DNA of 64,000 nt. It comes from Camelus ferus. Its lineage: Eukaryota. Positions within the stretch are counted from its first letter, which is position 1. Each line of letters begins with the position of its first letter. Both the position numbers and the translations under genes were made by a program. Positions 1 through 12,309 of this stretch are shown here, in pieces. The DNA lies in the NCBI RefSeq assembly GCF_009834535.1, contig NC_045698.1, forward strand, positions 11,410,001 to 11,474,000. Direction: 5' to 3'. The notes under the pieces were generated by a model that worked only from the letters and a program-made list of their open reading frames with translations, was not told the origin of the DNA and did no database searches.

Positions 1-1924
1 AGATGTGTTCTCCCATTCCACAGGTTGCCTTTTCACTTAGTGATGGTTTCCTTTGCTGTGCAGAAGCTTTTTAGTCTCACGTAGCCACACTCGTTTATCT
101 TTGCTTTGACTGACTTTGCTTTTGGTGTCAATTCCAAGAACTCTTTACCAAGATCAATGTCTAGTAGCTTGCCACCTATGTTTTCCTCTAGGATTCTTAC
201 GGTTTCAGGTGTTACATTCAAGTTTTAATCCATTTTGAGTCGATTATTGTGTATAGTCTAAGATAGGGGTGCAGTTTCATTCTTCTGTCTGTGAATACCC
301 AGTTTTCCCAACACCATTTATTGAAGATACTGTCCTTTCCCCATTGAATATTCTTTGTACCCTTGTCAAATATTAGTTGATCATATCTGCAAGGGTTTAT
401 TTCTGGACTCTCTATTCTGTTCCTTTGGTCTGTGTATCTAAATTTATGCCAATACCATACTGTTTTGATTCTTTTTTTTAAAATTAGACCAAATTTTTTT
501 TTAATTGAAGTACAGTCAACTACAATGTGTCAAAATCTGGTTTACAGCACAATGTCCCAGTCTTGCATATACATACATATATTTGTTTTCGTATGTCTTT
601 CCATTAAAGGTTATTACAGGATATTGAGCATAGTTCCCTGTGCTATACAAAACAAACTCTTTTTTTTTTAAATCTACTTTTATATATAGTGGCTAGCATT
701 TGTAAATCTCAAACTTCCAAATTTATTCCTTCCCATCCTCTTTCCCCAATAACCATAAGATTGTTTACTACGTCTGAGAGTCTGTTTCCATTTTGTAGGT
801 AAGTTCATAATGTCTTTTTTTTTTTTTTTTAGATTCCACATGTGAGTGATGTCATATGGTATTTTTCTTTCTCTTTCTGGCTTACTTCACTTAGAATGAC
901 GTTCTCCAGGTCCATCCATGTTGCTGCAAATGGCATTATTTTATTCTTTTTATGGCAGAGTAATATTCCATCTGTCGATGGACATTTAGATTGCTTCCAT
1001 GTCCTAGCTATTGTATATAGTGCTGCTATGAACATTGGGGTGCATGTATCTTTTCACATTAGAGTTTCCTCTGGATGTTTACCCAGGAGTAGGATTGCTG
1101 GATCATACGGTAGTCTATTTTTAGTTTTTTTGAGGAATCTCTATACTGTTTTCCATAATGGTTGCACCAAACTACATTCCCACCAGCAGTATAGGAGTGT
1201 TCCCTTTTCTCCACAGCCTCTCCAGCATTTATAGTTTGTGGACATTTGAATGATGGCCATTTTGACTGGTGTGAGGTAACACCTTATTGTAGTTTTGATT
1301 TGCATTTCTCTGATAATTAGTGATATTGAGCATTTTTTCATCTGTCTATTGGCCATTTGTATATCTTCATTGGAGAAATGCTTGTTTAGGTCTTCTGCCC
1401 ATTTTTGGATTGGGTTGTTTTTTATCTTATTACTAAGTTGTATGAGCTGTTTGTATATTCTGGAAATTAAGCCTTTGTCAGTCGCATCATTTGCAAATAT
1501 TTTCTCCCATTCCGTAGGTTGTCACTTTGTTTTGCTTATGGTTTCCTTTGCTGTGCAAAAGCTTATGCGTTTAATTAGGTCCCATGTGTTTATTTCTACT
1601 CTTATTTCCATTTCCTGAGTAGATTGCTCTAGGAGAACGTGGCTAAGATTTATGTCAGAGAATGTTTTGCCTATGTTTTCTTGTAGGAGATTTATTGTGT
1701 CTTGTCTTATATTTAAATTTTTAAGCCATTTTGAGTTTATTTTTGTGTGTGGAGTGAGGGAGTGTTGTTTTGACTCTTATAGCTGCATAGTATAGTCTGA
1801 AATCAGGAAGTCTGATGCCTCCAGCTTTGTGCTGCTTTCTCAGAATTGCTTTGGCTGTTAGATTCTTCTCTTCATTGGTCCCATACAAATTTTAGGGTGT
1901 TTTTTTTTTTGTTTCTGTGAAAAG
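1..1924 (-). mobile_element. Older LINE-1 ORF2-region fragment, split by a younger L1 inserted at 474-1765
   Basis: ORF 33..221(-) reads ILEENIG...KAKIN...[11 protein letters not shown], typical of L1 ORF2. The L1 antisense text ataccatactgttttgatt (451-470) resumes after 1766 as ...atagtatagtctgaaatcaggaagtctgatgcctccagctttg. Confidence 0.9.
474..1765 (-). mobile_element. Young 5'-truncated LINE-1 (ORF2 C-terminus, 3'UTR, poly(A)) nested in an older L1
   Basis: ORFs 829..1035 and 1141..1356(-) include [18 protein letters not shown] and [24 protein letters not shown]-rich tail at 472-502. TSD tgttttgattctt (461-473) / tgttttgactctt (1766-1778). Confidence 0.95.
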
Positions 1925-2880
1925 TGGAGACAAAGCTCTGATGCCTGTGTCCACTAAAACCCTTACTCATCCAGACAGATAAGTCATTAAGTTTATGATG
2001 CTATCTTGTTCTAGAATATTTAACTTTTAGCAAGGAGGGAGGGGTAATCATTCTCTTTTAATCTGGAGCATAACGCAAACGTTGTACTGATTGTCTGAAA
2101 GCAGAGTTGGGTATAAAGAGTCCACTTTTACCCCGGGATGCCTTTCTACACACCTGCAACAGTTCTACCGGAAATTTTTAACACTCAGACTGTTTTCCAG
2201 AATACCTCAAATTGCTCTGTGAATTATTTAATCCAACTACAGTGACATCTCCTGGCCAAGATGAAAGCTAATTGGTAAACATCTTCAGAGGTGATAGAAA
2301 ATTACAAACAAGGTCTAAAAGAAATTAAAAAAAGATGCTGGCCAAATGTTTTGTTTTAAGGCCATCAGCATTTTCTAGGTTCATATTTTCATTACCCCCA
2401 GGTTCAGCACAATAAATAACAAATTTTAAAAGGTCAGAACGAATAATGTCTCCCTTGACTTAAGAGGGGTAAATAAAGCAAAAAAAGGTGCTTTAATATT
2501 GGCAAGTCCTTGTGGGAAATGTTGCCAGAGCCCTATGAATGGTGTAGTGAAGATTTGTGCTCCCAGATTCCAGGGCCTTCCCTTCCCTTTTGGTGTGAGT
2601 TGGATGAGGGTTTTCATGAATACTTTATCTTTTTTTTTTTTTTTCCCTTAACAATTTTGGGAGACAAGGCTAACCAGTGATCACACAATTGTGTGCTGAT
2701 TTTAGGCTTCTTTATTCCTACTTTGCAACAAAAAAGCTATTGTTTTCAACCTCCTAATATTGTAAGAGGAGAGGAGGGGGAAAGAAACAAAGGTCTTTCC
2801 TCTATAGATAGAAATTTGGCTTCAATACAGGCCAGAGAGAGCAAGGAGGGAGCGTTTCCTGTAGGAAATATTGTTCAGCT

Positions 2881-3037
2881 TTTTTTTTTTACATAGTTTT
2901 TTTTTTTTTTTTTAATTTTTTTAGAGGGGGAGGTAGTTAGGTTTACTTATTTATTTTTACAGGAGGTACTGGGGCTTGAACCCAGGACCTTGTGTGTGCT
3001 AAGCATGTGCTCTACCACTTGAGCTATATCCTACCCC
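2881..3037 (-). mobile_element. tRNA-Ala-derived camelid SINE (vic-1 type)
   Basis: Reverse complement reads GGGGTAGGATATAGCTCAAGTGGTAGAGCACATGCTTAGCACACACAAGGTCCTGGGTTCAAGCCCC, then an A-rich tail. Flanked by cagctttttttttt at 2876 and 3041. Confidence 0.9.
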
Positions 3038-3104
3038 TTCCAGCTTTTTTTTTTTAGCTTTTTTTTCTAGCTTCATGTCTTCCTGTGATGCCTTAGCAAT
3101 TGTT

Positions 3105-4539
3105 TTTTTTTAAGAAATTTTATTTTATTTTATTTTATTTTTAACTTATTTTTATTGATTTATAATCATTTTACAATATTGTGTCAAATTCCAGTGTAGA
3201 GCACAATTTTTCAATTATACATGAACATATATGTATTCATTGGCACATTACTTTCTCTGTGAGCTACCGTAAGATCTTGTATATATTTTCCTGTGCTATA
3301 CAGTATAATCTTGTTTATCTATTCTACAATTTTGAAATCCCAGTCTATCTCTTCCCACCCACCACCACCTTGGCAACCACAAGTCTCTATTCTATTCTAT
3401 GAGTCTATTTCTGTTCTGTATTTATGCTTTGTTTGTTTGTTTGTTTGTTTTTTAGATTCCACATATGAGCAATCTCATATGGTATTTTTCTTTCTCTTTC
3501 TGGCTTACTTCACTTAGAATGACATTCTCCAGGAGCATCCATGTTGCTGCAAATGGCATTATGTTGTCAGTTTTTATGGCTTAGTAGTATTCCATTGTAT
3601 AAATATACCACATCTTCTTTATCCAGTCACCTGTTGATGGACATTTAGGCTGTTTCCATGTCTTAGCTATTGTAAATAATGCTGCTGTGAACATTGGGGT
3701 GCAGGTGTCATCCTGAAGTAGGGTTCCTTCTGGATATAAGCCCAGGAGCGGGATTCCTGGGTTGTATGGTAAATTTATTCCTAGTCTTTTGAGGAATCTC
3801 CATACTGTTTTCCACAGTGGGTGTACCAAACTGCATTCCCACCAGCAGTGTAGGAGTGTTCCCTTTTCTCCACAGCCTCTCCAGCATTTGTCATTTGTGG
3901 ATTTTTGAATGACGGCCATTCTGACTGGTGTGAGGTGATACCTCATTGTAGTTTTGATTTGCATGTCTCTGATAATTAGTGATATTGAGCATTTTTTCAT
4001 GTGTCTATTGATCATTTGTATGTCTTCCTTGGAGAATTGCTTGTTTAGGTCTTCTGCCCATTTTTGGATTGGGTTGTTTGTCTTCTTCTTACTGAGTCAT
4101 ATGAGCTGCTTATATATTCTGGAGATCAAGCCTTTGTTGGTTTCATTTGCAAAAATTTTCTCCCATTCCGTAGGTTGTCTTTTTGTTTTACTTATGGTTT
4201 CCTTTACTGTGCAGAAGCTTGTAAGTTTCATTAGGGCCCATTTGTTTATTCTTGCTTTTATTTCTTCTAAGAGAAAATTTTTGAAATGTATGTCAGATAA
4301 TGTTTTGCCTATATTTTCCTCTAGGAGGTTTATTGTATCTTGTCTTATGTTTAAGTCTTTGATCCATTTTGAGTTGATTTTTGTATATGGTGTAAGGGAG
4401 TGTTCTAGCTTCATTGTTTTACATGCTGCTGTCCAGTTTTCCCAATACCATTTGCTGAAGAGGCTGTCTTTGTTCCATTGTATATTCTTGCCTCCTTTGT
4501 GGAAGATTAGTTGACCAAAAGTTTGTGGGTTCATTTCTG
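3105..4539 (-). mobile_element. Young 5'-truncated LINE-1 of a second subfamily
   Basis: ORF2 C-terminal peptides at 3581..4015 and 4097..4558(-), (TTTTA)n tail, TSD agcaattgtt (3095-3104) / agcaattctt (4540-4549), endonuclease site TT/AAGA on the minus strand. Confidence 0.95.
3452..4539 (-). pseudogene. LINE-1 ORF2p C-terminal relic (about 360 codons, includes the Cys-rich domain), one frame with two nonsense codons
   Basis: Manual translation bridges the two ORFs in one frame: ...IYKQLI*(4099-4097)[32 protein letters not shown]...MEYY*(3583-3581)[14 protein letters not shown]...LICGI*(3454-3452). Confidence 0.9.
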
Positions 4540-5892
4540 AGCAATTCTTAAAAGACATTTAAGACAGAGGCTGGTGGATAATAGCTTTGGCACAGGAAGC
4601 CTTATGTGTGATTCTGTGGTTCCTCATTGTTGGTTACCCTGCTGCCCAGTCTGGTTTGTGTCTGTGTGTTTTGTTTTTCTACAGTCTTCTCTTACCCCAG
4701 GGATCCATCACAAGCAGCTCAAGGACTGGAGAATCCATGGCTCTGATAAGAGTGGATTAAAAAAAAAAAAAAAAACCTCCGAGAAATGATGGGGGTGGGT
4801 GGGGATCAGGTGGAATAAAGAGGTAATAGCATTCACTGAACTAGAAAGACTTTCTTCTTACATCATAATTGGACTAGCATTTTTCTAAATATGTCACTAT
4901 TTGCAGTTCAGAGGGATATAGTGAAAAGATGATTCAGTTTTTCACACAAGGGTTTTAAATGTGTACTCATTTTGTAAGCCTAACGTAATGATCAAGGTCT
5001 GATGAAGTGTGCAAGCCTCAATCTGTACAGAATTCTAATGAAGATATGCCTAAGGGCCAGATATTACAATTATCATCCCAGTACCTTTTCTATGGTGAAA
5101 ACTTTAAAATCTATGCCCTTTAAGTGTTGCTAATTTGAGCAAAACATGCTTACTTTAAAGACTCAGTCACAGAAATTATCTGCAAACAAATGGTGTTTGA
5201 TTGTCAAAATCAGCTCAAGATTTTGCTTCTTTTTTTTTTTTAAGAGATAAATACGGATAGTGCTATTGTGGTGAGGATGAGAGAAAATAATATTTTTCTT
5301 TTAGGTTAGAAGGCAGTGAGCACACATCTTAATGTTTTTGATCCTATTCAGTGATCCAAGTAGATGCAAGCATCTCATTGATTTCAAAGCCTCACTCTTC
5401 AAATTACAGGGGAAGAAAAACAGGAGCCACATTATAAAATTGGAATAATAGCAAGCCACAGATAATCAAATTTCTCATTTTCAAATATTTTTGTGATAAT
5501 CTATAGTCTATTTTTCCAGTTTATAACCTTGCAAGGTATTTTTCCTGGATAACTTGTCCAATGGACATATCCTCTTACTAAAGCAGTATCCCATTTGAAG
5601 TCAAGCCATTGTATTGATCCATTGTTTCCACTGTAATATTTTAGTGCTATTAATTCTCCACCCAATAGATTACTGGAAGAATGAATTGTCAAATCATGAA
5701 TAAATCTTGAAATGTAATAGGATTCTCAAAATCAACTCTGAAAATCTTTGAATGGTTTTTCTGCCAGAGAAACCAATAATGTCTTATTAGATAAGAGAGG
5801 ACAAGGACTTTGCTATGAATCATAATGATAAGAGTACATTTTCCAATAAATAGCCAGTGGGAAAATCATATGGCAAGTGAGTCTTCTAATTG

Positions 5893-6110
5893 TAAGAGTC
5901 AGCAAACTATAGCCCACAGGCCAAATATATCCTGCCTGCTCCTTTAATAAATAAAGTTTTATTGAAACACAGCCACACTCATTTGTTTACATGTAGTCTA
6001 CAGTTGCTTTTGCAATACATCGCAGAGTTGAATAGTTAAAGATTGTTTGGCATTCAAAACCTAAAATATTTATTATCCATTTCTTTACAAAAAAAGTTTG
6101 CCAACCGCTG
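5893..6110 (+). mobile_element. hAT-Charlie non-autonomous DNA transposon, MER58A-like
   Basis: Termini gtcagcaaact...agtttgccaaccgctg. Internal aataaagttttattgaaacacagccacactcatttgtttac and aaacctaaaatatttattatc match the remembered MER58A consensus. Confidence 0.85.
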
Positions 6111-6829
6111 CTCTGCTAGCTTGTCTATTTAGAATCCGTACCAGTTCCTGAGCCAAACTTCCAAATCAAAATAAAGAGTCCTAAATATAGACACAGGTAA
6201 TTGCATGAGAAAAAAAAAGCATCAAAGCAGTTGGGTTTTATACCCTGCTAGGACAACCATTTCTTATAAGGTTTGCAAATGAGGTAAGCATCCAGACCTT
6301 TTAGCACCTCAGTGGTAAGTACTTTTTCTCCCATTGGTGCAATTGGTGCAGGATTCACTGGGACTCACTGTTTCGGGACAGTGAGCATTATGGAACACCT
6401 TTGAATGCCTGAGGTGCTATCAGGTTGGCCAGGTCAGTGCCAAAATGAGGCACAGACAATGTGGCACAGAATGGATTTGAGAATGTGCATAACTGAGTAG
6501 TCCTAGAACTAGCCAATGGGAGACAGAGAGGCACAGCAGACGTGCTTGCTTTACTCTCACTGACTTTTCCTTTTCATGCATCTACAGGGTAGTTAAAGAA
6601 AGAGCATGACTATCACAGTTAGCATGACACAGTGCACAGTTTTGGCTGGTTTTAAAGAATTCAATTATTTGTAGTAATTCTGCACTACAAAGTGGACTGC
6701 AAAAAGAACTACAACAGAGCTAAGAGATCATCTTGGCTATTCTCATGAGTGTAGCTTTGAAAAGGATTCAGTTATGCCCTGCAAATTAATCTCCTTGCTA
6801 TGAAAACGAAGGTGGAACAGAACATACAA

Positions 6830-6863
6830 GACTAGGGTGACCAATAGAAATGGTCACCTAGTC
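6830..6863. repeat. Inverted repeat resembling fused hAT-Blackjack (MER81/MER94-type) terminal inverted repeats
   Basis: gactagggtgacca-atagaaa-tggtcacctagtc forms a 13-bp stem with a 1-nt bulge and a 7-nt loop. Confidence 0.6.
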
Positions 6864-8435
6864 CCAGACACTCTTCAGAGTGAACGTGGCTTTAGTAATA
6901 ATGAAGCCAAGTCAACACGTATAATCCAGGATAATCCTAAGTGAACCTGATTTATGGTCTCCCATGTAAACATAATCGTGTTGGTAATACCTGATGCTGC
7001 CAGTGGTTTGGAAGTGCTTGGCTTCAGGGCTGAGCTAGAACATACAATGGCTTTGTAAGAATGACAAGAAGACATTGCTTTTTGTGGCCAGTGAGAGATA
7101 GGCTCACCTTCCTCCAGGCAGGTGCAGCCCTCTTCTATAGGGCATAGCTCGCTGAGTGGCAGATTGAATCTTAGACCCCCAGCTGAACTCCTGGCCAAAT
7201 GTCTGGCAGGATATAACCATATGTGGTTGTTCTGCTCGACACCAGAGAGTGGTCGTGGTAGTAAAAGCGGGGATGTATCTTGTCCAATGGTTGCAGCATG
7301 GCAGCCTTAATCTAAAATCAATACTAATTGAACTACTCTACATTTCAGATAGATGGAAAATACTAGATTTTATTAAAAACAAATTAAGACTGATCATAAT
7401 AATAGCTTAAACAATTTAGACAAGAAATTGATGATGTCTGTGTTTTTTAAAATGTAACTTCAAGCTCCTGAGAGAAATTAGATGTTCTGAAACTTGAAGT
7501 CATCTCAGTCATAAGAAATATTGGCTTATAGATTTGCCCAGACCTTTTGAGGGAAAGTAATTTGGATTTTTTCCACTTAATTTTCCAGATAATTGCTGTG
7601 GTTCCTCCCCATTTCTGTATTAATACAGCCCAGATGACAGAAAAGAGGTAGCAAAGAAAAACGGGAACTTTGAGATGGAGGAGTAAAACAAGACGGCCAT
7701 TACATTAAGAGCATTTCATGTAATTCTTCTGACCACAAGCTGCAGCAGACTGTTCAGTCTGCCATTGTCCTTCATGTTCCTAGCAGACCCCAAGCTTTTT
7801 ATTTGAAAAAGGCTGATGACCAAACAAGTCTGCCTTGAAGCACACAGTCACCCACAGGCTTGCCAAGACCCCTCACACTCTGCTGAGTGGACCCTTTCTC
7901 TCCTTTACTCAGGACTGATGGAGAAGCAAATAATACCCACTTCAGCACTTTTTTATGTGTTTCTTTTCTGCCGGTTCCCCTTTTTCTTTGGGTTAACTTC
8001 ATTTCTTCCATTCCTGAATCTGACAGTTTCCTCACATTGTTTTGAATTTCCTTCAGCACTGATAACTTAACTTTTTTTTGTAATTCAGCATCACTTTGTG
8101 GAAAAGGAGGGATAAAATTTTATGTTTGTATTTGCATGTGTTTTTAAAAAAAGTCTCTAGGGTTCACTGAAACTAGTAACAGTGGTGACCTTAGAAGCAG
8201 TTTGCTGAACAGACGAGATGGAATTGGAAGACTTTTTATTGTGTATCTTGGATTTTTTTTTTACTTTTATGGCATATGTGAATTTGTTATTCAAATAAGT
8301 TAAAATACTTGTTTAAATCAAAACAAAAACAGAAGACAGTAGCAACTTGAACAAATGCTTCATCAGCAGCCTCTCCCACGGGAGAATTTTGAAGATCTAG
8401 CAGACGTTCACTCTTCTGAGAGAATGGGGTTGACA

Positions 8436-8959
8436 TGGTTATGTCAGAGCCCTAAATAAATTTTTACCTCTAACTTCGCCTGGTCAGCCTATTACTGGAG
8501 TGTAAGTTCTTGTCTAGCACAGGAAAGAATTCAAGAGTTAGCCACAGCAAAGGGAAAGTAGATTTATTTAGGGAGATACACACTCCATAGACAGAGTGTG
8601 GACCATCTCAGAAACCTTAAGAGAGATGGCTGCAGGGTATGAGGCTATTAGTTTTTGTAGGCTGTGTAATTTCATATGCTAACAGTGGGGGGATTATCCA
8701 ACTGTTTTGGGGAAGGGGCAGGGATTTCCAGGCATTGGACCCTGTCTTATGGTCAGCCTGGGAACTGTCATGGTACCTGTGTGTGTGTCACTTAGCATGC
8801 TAATGAATTACAGTGAGCCTATAATGAGGCTCAAGGTCTAATGGAAATCTAATCTTCTGCCATCTTGGGCTGAGTTGGTTCTAAACAGTTTATGTCCTAT
8901 CCTCAGTTGTTATGTCATTCTTTTAATGGTTCTTCCCTGCCCCCTTCTCTCCTGTCTCA
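8436..8959 (-). mobile_element. ERV1 solo LTR, MER41-like
   Basis: TG...CA termini and 4-bp TSD gaca/gacc. Minus-strand motifs CCAAGATGGC, CATTAGCATGCTAA, CCATGACAGTT, CTCTGTCTATGGAGT, AATAAA and GAATTCTTTCCTG occur in MER41 order. Confidence 0.8.
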
Positions 8960-9862
8960 GACCTTGGGGGAGAATGAAATTTCCTGTCTGCAAATGAAGA
9001 ATCTGACCTAGATTGAAAATTCAGTGTAATAATATACCAGCCTTTGTGGTACAACATGGTGCCTTGAGGTAGTCCCTTTGCCAGAATTTTTTTCTACTTA
9101 CTGACAATCAAGTGTAGTTGGGACTCATTCATAAGATAAGCAGTGAGTGGTTGACACGTGCTCAGCACCGGCCAGGCAGCTGAACACAGGAGTGAACAAG
9201 ACCTTCACTCTGCAGGGTGCTCCACCCCATTGTAATTGAGGAGACGGTAATCTAAGTACACAATGTTGATGTGCTGTCATGGGTGAAATTCACAGTAGAG
9301 TATAACTATAGAGTTCTGTGGGCAGATAGGAGAAGGAGCAACTCTCCTCGCCTAAGATAGATCAAAGAAGATATGTGCCAGGCTCATTCCCATTAAAACT
9401 GAAGTAAAAGGTCTTTTAGGAGTCTCCCCATACCCTCTTGGGAGAAAAAAAGGCCACAATGCTGACTGTGTCTCAAAGGTTCAGTGCATCATCATACAAC
9501 ACCACACGGATGAGCGTCAAGTCCTTAGAATGCCCATTCCATTCTCCCTGCAGAACACTCCCTCTGGGAGTTTCATTGGTAGGTCATGAAGAAGTTGACC
9601 AACTCTAACCAAAGCAGAGTATCTCTTCCCAAATGTCACTTCCAGCAATGGAAATCACTGAGTGTCATTAAGTTCTTTGACTGTTTCTTTGTTTTGTTTT
9701 GTTGAATTTCTAACCACTGTACCACAGTCTTTGAGCAAAGTTCTTTTTGAGTTTGTTAGGAAACAATGATTTTGAGAAGGGTTGTTGCCCACAGTAAGGA
9801 AGAAACACATTTTAATGATAGGACCTTATCCATTTTTATAAATTAATTTTGAAAATGCAAGA

Positions 9863-9970
9863 GGTATTATGTTCCTGTGCGACCGAAGTATTGTGCTGTA
9901 CACCAGAAATTGATACAATATTGTAAACTGACTGTACTTCAATAAAAATATATTAAACTTTAAAAAAAAG
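9863..9970 (+). mobile_element. About 100-bp 5'-truncated young L1 3' end
   Basis: tgtgctgtacaccagaaattgatacaatattgtaaactgactgtacttcaataaaa, close to 32325-32380. TSD aaatgcaaga (9853-9862) / aaatgcagga (9972-9981). Confidence 0.85.
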
Positions 9971-10040
9971 GAAATGCAGGATGAACACATGATAAAACTG
10001 AGAATATGTTGGTTGTGAAGGAGGTGCTGTCAAACAGAAT

Positions 10041-11205
10041 ATTAAAAGCAGAAAAAAAGTGAGACTCAACAAGTAGGACTCCATCAAATTGAAAAGCTTC
10101 TGCACAGCAAAGGGGGCCATCAACAAAATGAAAAGGCGACCTATGGCATGGAAGGAAATATTTGCAAGTCATTTACCTGATGGTGTTAATATTCAAAATA
10201 TGTAAAGAACTCATACAACTCAGTAGCAAAAGAAAAAATCTGATTAAGAAATAGGCAGAGAAACTGAATAGACTTTTTTCCAAAGAAGACATACAAATGG
10301 CCAACAGGTACATGAAAAGGTACCCAATATTACTACTCATCAGGGAAAAGCAAATCAAAACCATAATGAAATATCACCTCACATCTGTTAGAAAGATTAT
10401 CATCAAAATGGTAAGAGATGTGTTGGTGAGGATGTGGAGAAAGGGGAACCCTTTCACACTATTGGTGGGAATGTAAATTGGTGCGACCATTAAGTGTGGA
10501 AGTTCTTCAAGAAATTAAAAGAGAGCTACCACTTCTGGGTATATATCCAAAGGAAATGAAAACAGGATCTCAAAGAGATCCCTGCACCATTGTGTACATT
10601 ATTTATTATTTATGTGGCATTTTTCACAACAGCCAAGATATGGAAACCACCTAAGTTGTCTGTCAGCGGATAAATAGGTGAAGAAGATGTGTTAAATAAA
10701 TACAATGGAATATTATTCTGTCTTAAATAAAAGAAATCCTACCATTTGCAACAAAGTGGATGGACCTTGAGGCCATTATGCTCAGTGAAATAAGGCAGAC
10801 AGAGAAAAACAAAGATTGTATGGTATCACTTACATGTGAAATTTTAGAAGGCCAAGCTCATAGAAACAGAAATTAGAATGGTGGTTACCAGGCGCTGGGA
10901 AGACGGGGAGACGCTGGTCACAGAGAACAAACTTGCAGGTGTTGGATAGGTTCTGGGATCTGATACACAGCATGATGACTCTCATACTATATGTTGCCTA
11001 TTGTATTCTTGAAGGTTGCTAAGAGAGCAGATCTTAAATGTTCTCATCACAAAAAAGAAAGGGTAACGTGTGATGCGATGCAGATGCCAGCTAATGCTGT
11101 GGTGGTAACCATTTTGTCGTACACAGGTGTATCAAACCTTCCTGCTGTACATCTTCAACTTTCACAGGGTTCTATGTCAATTATATCTCAGTAAAGCTGG
11201 GGGAG
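10041..11205 (+). mobile_element. Older LINE-1 3' portion (L1MA9-like), degraded ORF2 end plus 3'UTR
   Basis: aaaagcttctgcacagcaaag, caaatggccaacaggtacatgaaaagg, caatggaatattattc, ending atgtcaattatatctcagtaaagctgggg. Confidence 0.88.
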
Positions 11206-11499
11206 GAGGAAGAAGAAGATGGGCGTTTTTTGCTGCAGAATGAGTGATGTGAAAGCAGGTGGCAGGTCAGTGACAGGAATCCGCACTTTTCTGCAATAGG
11301 CATCACATGCTAAGGCTTGTCTTGCTTCTCAGTTTCCTGATGAAGGGAGACACAGTCCAAAAGAGGCAGAGGTGAGCAGTAACCTGAGCTCATCACAGAA
11401 AATAAGAATTTTCTATTAAGTGAATGACAGGCAGGCTTAGAGAATTCATGAAAGAAACAAACCAATACTTAAAAAGAAAAGAGTGGAGAAGGACTAGTA

Positions 11500-11660
11500 G
11501 CTAATATTGATAGAACTCCTACAAGCCAGGTTCATGGTGTAAATCATTCTCTTTGATCTTCACAACAAACTGAAGAGGCAGGGATTTTATCTTTATTTTG
11601 TAGATGAGAAAATAACAACTCAGTAAGGCGAAGTACACTGCCAGTGAGTAGGAGGTGCTG
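11500..11660 (-). mobile_element. MIR fragment
   Basis: tttgatcttcacaacaaactg...tattttgtagatgagaaaa, an antisense MIR core. Confidence 0.55.
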
Positions 11661-11868
11661 AAGGTAGACTGGTGAGGCCGTATCTAAACACAGCCGGGTG
11701 TCCCTGGACCACTGGGTTTGATGAGGCTGTGTGCCAGCTGTTGTAACAAGATTTCATAAAGGTCTTAAGGCCAGTGTCTTCAGCAGCTCCTGCATCCAAA
11801 CCTGATAGTACACTTGGGTCAAATAGGTCTTACCAGAAGGTGCACATAAAAGCAACTATTTTCAGCAA

Positions 11869-11940
11869 TGTGTCGGTCAGGGCTCTCCAGAAAACCACAA
11901 ACAGCTGGCATCTGCTTATATACACACGTAGCCAATAGAG

Positions 11941-11975
<35 letters not shown>

Positions 11976-12309
11976 GGGATTTATTTTAAGGAATTGGCGC
12001 AAATGGTTTCGGGGGTCAGCAAGTCCAAAATTCATAAAGCAGTTCAGCAGCCTGCAAACTCAGGCAGGAGGTGATGTTGCAGTTTAAAGGCAAAATTTCT
12101 TCTTTTGGGGAAACCTCAGGTTTTGATCTTCAGACCTTCAACTGTTTAGATGAGCCCCACCTACCTTATCTAGGGTGATCTCCACAGCTGAAAGTCAGTT
12201 TAACCACATCTACAAAATACCTTCACAGCAATACCTAGATTTGTGTTTGATTAAGTTCTCAAGTACCGTCGTCTAGCCAAGCTGATATATAGAGCTAATA
12301 ACCATCACA
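11869..12309 (-). mobile_element. ERVL solo LTR, MLT2-like
   Basis: Minus strand begins TGTGATGGTTA. Contains gggatttattttaaggaattgg, agatgagccccac and aaaataccttcacagcaatacctaga. 5-bp TSD agcaa/aggaa. Confidence 0.85.
11944..11972. repeat. (GT)n microsatellite inside the MLT2 LTR
   Basis: About 14 uninterrupted GT units. Confidence 0.95.

Noticed and set aside
842..4514. Long + strand ORFs (842..1234, 1295..1618, 3954..4514) as membrane proteins
   Set aside because: They are antisense frames of L1 ORF2. Their hydrophobic look comes from the T-rich strand.
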